From Candidatus Eiseniibacteriota bacterium (lineage in GTDB: Bacteria > Eisenbacteria > RBG-16-71-46 > CAZAMP01): a stretch of DNA of 64,000 nucleotides. Numbering within the stretch: the first letter of the stretch is position 1; every line of letters starts with the position of its first letter. Position numbers and translations under genes: made by a program. The stretch covers positions 5,216,001-5,280,000 of the forward strand of contig OZ245046.1 of the NCBI GenBank assembly GCA_965224245.1. Reading direction: 5' to 3'. Shown piece after piece: positions 60,176 to 64,000 of this stretch. The notes beneath the pieces are model-generated. The model was not told the DNA's origin and ran no database searches. It saw only the letters and a list, made by a program, of their open reading frames with translations.

Positions 60176-61155
60176 TGATCCCGGGGCTTCTCGGCCTCCA
60201 TCACGTGACCGCGCTGGCCGGCGATGCCCCTCGCAACCTGCGCTTCTGCCGCGACGTGCTGGGGCTCCATCTCGTCAAGCTGACGGTCAACTTCGACGAG
60301 CCGTCCATGCATCACCTCTACTACGGCGACCGCACGGGCCGACCGGGAACCATCCTGACGTTCTTTCCGATGCCGGGCGGAAGGCGGGGTCGGATCGGGG
60401 CGGGGATGATCACGCGGGTGGCGTTCGCCGTCTCGCCCGGCTCGATCGAGGCGTGGAACGCGACTCTCGGCGCGCGCGGTGTGGACACCTCGACCCCGTT
60501 TCGGCGCCTCGATCGCGAGACCGTGCTCCGGTTTCCCGACCCGGACGGGCTCGTGCTGGAGCTGGTCGCGCCGGACGACGTCACCGCCGTCGACGCCGGC
60601 CCCGCACGCGACACCTCGGCGGACGCCGGCCGGACGACACTCACGAATGCGCCCGCGATCCGCCGTCTCCACGGCGTCGGGCTCCTGTCGCGCGACCTCG
60701 ACGCAACGCTCGGGTTTCTCGTCGACGTGCTCGGCATGACGCCGGTGGACGGGACCGACGGGCGCCTCCGTGTCCGCGCATCGGATCCCGATGGCGGGGT
60801 CGTGGACGTGGAAGGCGCGCCGCGCGGCGCCGAGCGGGGTCGCGTCGCCGCCGGCACGACGCACCACGTGGCGTTTCGCGTCCCCGACGACGCGAGCCTC
60901 CGGCACTGGCGCGCCGTGATCGCCGAGACCGGCGCGGTGGTGACCGAGGTGAAGGACCGGAAGTACTTCCGATCGATCTACGTTCGCGAGCCCGGCGGCG
61001 TGCTCGTGGAGCTGGCCACCGATCCTCCGGGGTTCGACGTGGACGAGCCCCCCGATACGCTCGGAACGGCGCTCAGGCTGCCGGCCTCTCTCGAGAGTCG
61101 TCGCGCGGAGATCGAGGCCGCGTTGCCGGACCTGGACACGACTACCAGCCGGTGA
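60172..61155 (+). CDS. Ring-cleaving dioxygenase, VOC family (MhqO-like)
   Basis: GLHHVTA, TVNFD..HLYYGD, HHVAF, DRKYFRSIY, ELATDPPGF. Confidence 0.92.
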   Translation: MMIPGLLGLHHVTALAGDAPRNLRFCRDVLGLHLVKLTVNFDEPSMHHLYYGDRTGRPGTILTFFPMPGGRRGRIGAGMITRVAFAVSPGSIEAWNATLGARGVDTSTPFRRLDRETVLRFPDPDGLVLELVAPDDVTAVDAGPARDTSADAGRTTLTNAPAIRRLHGVGLLSRDLDATLGFLVDVLGMTPVDGTDGRLRVRASDPDGGVVDVEGAPRGAERGRVAAGTTHHVAFRVPDDASLRHWRAVIAETGAVVTEVKDRKYFRSIYVREPGGVLVELATDPPGFDVDEPPDTLGTALRLPASLESRRAEIEAALPDLDTTTSR

Positions 61156-62275
61156 CCTTCGGCCACTCCCCGATCACCCGATCCCCGTCGGCGACCACGA
61201 GCCGATCGTAGGGCGCCGCCATCATGCAGGCGTGGTTCGGAAAGATGCGCACCGGCGTGCCGACCGGGATCGCATCGAACGGGAGCCTCCCCGAGGGCGA
61301 GCGCAGAAACCCGTGCTCCTGGTGCGCGTCCGCGACCACGACGTCGCCGAGGCGCCGCCGGCCGGTCACGTCGAAGACCGGACCGTACCCGAGCGCCCAG
61401 CCGAACGCCTCGCAGCTCCGGTCCTTGGACAGCGCGAGGGCGCCCGCGTCCACGAGCGCGTATCCGGACTCTCGCCGGTGTGTGATGACGGTGGCGAGCA
61501 CCGAGACCGCGACGTCGTCCTCGTCGCACAGCCCGAGCCCATGCTGGTAGTAGTCGAACGCCATGTACACGCCCGGACGCATCTCGGTGACCCCGGTGAG
61601 ATCGCGCGCCAGGAGCGCGGTCGGCGTGGATCCCACGCTGACCGTCGGACACGGGAGGTCCGCGGCCCGGAGCCGAGTCGCCGACGCCACGACCGCGTCG
61701 CGCTCCGCGGCGGCGACGCGCGCGAGGACGTCGGGTCCGCCGCCCGCGTAGCTGTGGCCGGCGTGCGTCATGACTCCCGCCAGCTCCAGCTCCGGTGCAT
61801 CCGCGATCGTGCGGGCGACGTCGACCAGAAGCGGATCCTCCGGCGGTATCCCACCTCGCCTCGCGCCGCAGTCGATCTCGATCAGGACCGGATGCCGGCT
61901 GCCGATCGCACGCGCGCGATCCGCGACCCCACGGGCACCGATCAGGTCGTCGACCACCAGCGTCAGGCGTGCTCCCTCGTGTGCGACGTCCGCTGCTTCA
62001 CGGACCTTGCTCGGCGTGATGCCGATCGCAAGCGTGAGATCAGCGAAGCCCTCCTCGGCGAACGTCCGGGCCTCGCGCAGCGTCGACACCGCCACCGCGC
62101 CGCGCGTGCCGACGGCACGCCGCGCGATCTCCGGACACTTCAGCGTCTTCACGTGAGGCCGAAGCACCACCCCGAGCTCGCGCGCGCGCGCCGACATGCG
62201 ATCCAGGTTGCGCTGGAGCCGTGGCTCGTCGACCACGAGCGCGGGCGTGGGGACGTCGTGGAGGCGCGTGCTCAT
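61142..62275 (-). CDS. DSD1/D-threonine aldolase-like PLP enzyme (alanine racemase fold)
   Basis: TPALVVD, RPHVKT, HAGHSY, GSTPT, EMRPG, QEHG, PNHAC. Confidence 0.9.
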   Translation of the reverse strand: MSTRLHDVPTPALVVDEPRLQRNLDRMSARARELGVVLRPHVKTLKCPEIARRAVGTRGAVAVSTLREARTFAEEGFADLTLAIGITPSKVREAADVAHEGARLTLVVDDLIGARGVADRARAIGSRHPVLIEIDCGARRGGIPPEDPLLVDVARTIADAPELELAGVMTHAGHSYAGGGPDVLARVAAAERDAVVASATRLRAADLPCPTVSVGSTPTALLARDLTGVTEMRPGVYMAFDYYQHGLGLCDEDDVAVSVLATVITHRRESGYALVDAGALALSKDRSCEAFGWALGYGPVFDVTGRRRLGDVVVADAHQEHGFLRSPSGRLPFDAIPVGTPVRIFPNHACMMAAPYDRLVVADGDRVIGEWPKVTGW

Positions 62276-63807
62276 CGCCGCCCGGCGATGACGCGCGCGG
62301 CGAGCGCACCCGGGCCGCCGGTGACGCCGCCGCCGGGGTGTGATCCGCTCCCGCACAAATAGAGCCCCGAGATTGGCGTGGCGAACCGCGCGCACTCGAG
62401 CGTCGGGCGAACCGCGAGCTGATCGATCGCGTGCTCGCCGTGATGGATCTGTCCGCCGGTGACGCCGTACGTGCGGGCGATGTCGGCAGGTGTCAGCACC
62501 TCGCGCGCGACGACACGATCGGCGACTCCGGGGGCGACGCGTTCCAGCTCGGCGACGACGCAATCACCCAGCCGCTCGCGTCGAGCGTCGGTCCATCCGC
62601 CACAGAGCGCGTGCGGAACGAAGTGGACCAGCGCCGACACCACGGCGTGTCCCTCGGGCGCGAGGGACGGATCGTCCACGGTGGGGACGGCGACGTCGAG
62701 GACGGGCCGCTCGGGATGCTCGCCGTACTTGACGGGATCGAACGCGCGCTCGATCTCGTCCACGCTCGCGCCCGTGCGGGCGAAGAGCACGTCCTCATCC
62801 GGCCGTCCCGCGAAGCGAACGGGGCCCCGGACGGCCAGGTGCACCTTCGCGGTGGTGCCGTTCGTCCGGACGTGCGACACGTGCCCGGCCAGCGTCGGCG
62901 TGACGGTGCGCGGGGGCATCAGGGATCGGAGCGTCGTCTTGGGGTCGCAGGCGCTGGCGACGACGGGCGCGTCGATCGTCTCGCCGTCGGCCAGCGTCAC
63001 GCCCTCCACCGACCCGTTCGACACCCGGATCGACGCGACCGGCGCATTCCTCCGGATCGTCGCCCCGTGGGCCTCGCAGGCCCGCGTGAGGGCGGCGACC
63101 ACGGCGGCCGGTCCCCCGGGGACGTGCCCGCCGGCGAGCGCCTCGTGCCGGAGGAGGAGCGCGTTGGAGCCGGGCGACCAGGGTCCCATCCACGCGCCGG
63201 TCAGCGCCGGTCCGGCGAGAAGCGCCTTCAGGCGCGCGCCCTGGAACCACTCGCCGAGCCAGTCGGCCACGCACATCGGCGCGATGCGGAAGAGCTCCAT
63301 CGCATCTCGCCGGCCGAGCCGGCGAAACGAGAGGCCGCGCGAGACGATCCCGAGCATCGCGCGTGGGCTGTCGTCGTCCAGCGCCAGTGGGAGCGCATCG
63401 AGCGAGGCCGCGACCGCCGGCCGGACACGATCCAGGAATGCTCGATAGGCTGCGTAACGCTCGGCGTCCTCGGAGACTCCCAGCGCGCTCGCGCGCGCGA
63501 CGTCGCCCAGGAAGATCCCGGATCCGTCGGGATCGGGAGACAGGACGGCCGACCGGCCGTCACGCACGACGAGGCCGAACGATTCCAGCCCGAGCGTGCG
63601 AACGACATGGGGCCGCAGCGTCGAGGCGTCGTGAAACAGCCCGACGTGCCGGTAGCCCGGGTGAAACTCCTCGCCGGCGGCGAGACCACCCACGACGCTC
63701 CGTTGCTCGAGCACGATGACGTTGCGGCCGTCTCTGGCCAGGAGTGCGGCCGTGGTGAGGCCGTTGTGCCCGGCGCCGATCACGACCACGTCCACTCGTC
63801 CGGCCAT
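62272..63807 (-). CDS. Phytoene desaturase-family FAD oxidoreductase
   Basis: GAGHNGL, EEFHPGY, GGQIHHGE, YLCGSGSHPGGGV. Confidence 0.9.
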   Translation of the reverse strand: MAGRVDVVVIGAGHNGLTTAALLARDGRNVIVLEQRSVVGGLAAGEEFHPGYRHVGLFHDASTLRPHVVRTLGLESFGLVVRDGRSAVLSPDPDGSGIFLGDVARASALGVSEDAERYAAYRAFLDRVRPAVAASLDALPLALDDDSPRAMLGIVSRGLSFRRLGRRDAMELFRIAPMCVADWLGEWFQGARLKALLAGPALTGAWMGPWSPGSNALLLRHEALAGGHVPGGPAAVVAALTRACEAHGATIRRNAPVASIRVSNGSVEGVTLADGETIDAPVVASACDPKTTLRSLMPPRTVTPTLAGHVSHVRTNGTTAKVHLAVRGPVRFAGRPDEDVLFARTGASVDEIERAFDPVKYGEHPERPVLDVAVPTVDDPSLAPEGHAVVSALVHFVPHALCGGWTDARRERLGDCVVAELERVAPGVADRVVAREVLTPADIARTYGVTGGQIHHGEHAIDQLAVRPTLECARFATPISGLYLCGSGSHPGGGVTGGPGALAARVIAGRR

Positions 63808-64000
63808 CACACCGCCCCCGATCCGAGCATCGTCTTCGCGGCGAGCTCGCCCGGCGATCCCATGATGCCTCCGCCCGGGTGGGCTCCCGACGCGCACAGC
63901 CAGAGATCGCGAATCGGCGTCCGGTAGCGGGCCCAGCCGGGAGCCGGCCGCTGGAAGAGCAGCTGCTCGGGGCTCAGCTCGCCGTGGAAGATGTTGCCCT
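63807..64000 (-). CDS. Second phytoene desaturase-family oxidoreductase (3' end only, runs off the window)
   Basis: GNIFHGELSPEQLLFQRP..YRTPIRDLWLCASGAHPGGGIMG. Its TGA overlaps the next ATG (TGATG). Confidence 0.88.
   Translation of the reverse strand, partial: GNIFHGELSPEQLLFQRPAPGWARYRTPIRDLWLCASGAHPGGGIMGSPGELAAKTMLGSGAV

Noticed and set aside
1-64000. Most other overlapping Arg/Pro/Ala-rich ORFs in the track, and any tRNA or rRNA genes
   Set aside because: These ORFs are expected stop-poor shadow frames in high-GC DNA. No tRNA (including selC) or rRNA was recognised by eye, which tRNAscan-SE or Infernal would need to confirm.

Overview
Very GC-rich bacterial chromosomal segment of about 50 genes. 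Four secreted proteins end in a FlgD-Ig/T9SS-like C-terminal domain and the AMP nucleosidase is the short Bacteroidota-type, which suggests an FCB-group lineage (inference only). Main content: a decayed HNH endonuclease gene bracketed by inverted arrays of a 17-bp repeat, moeB, a three-gene pnt operon, secreted hydrolases, MscS, a DUF3667-trmK-pyrD operon, DUF368, a hydroxyproline catabolic cluster with both 4-Hyp and 3-Hyp branches, YdeP/FdhF, PhoX, an M36 protease, amn, rlmB, CRTAC1/TPR lipoproteins, an ECF sigma-Ser/Thr kinase pair and tandem phytoene-desaturase-like genes. The best hidden signal is a 115-aa minus-strand gene (21065-20718) missing from the ORF track. It has an in-frame TGA at codon 44 followed by a bacterial SECIS-like hairpin with a GGUC loop, making it a candidate selenoprotein with a C-terminal zinc ribbon. 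No rRNA, tRNA or CRISPR array was recognised. All family calls come from motif recognition, not database searches.
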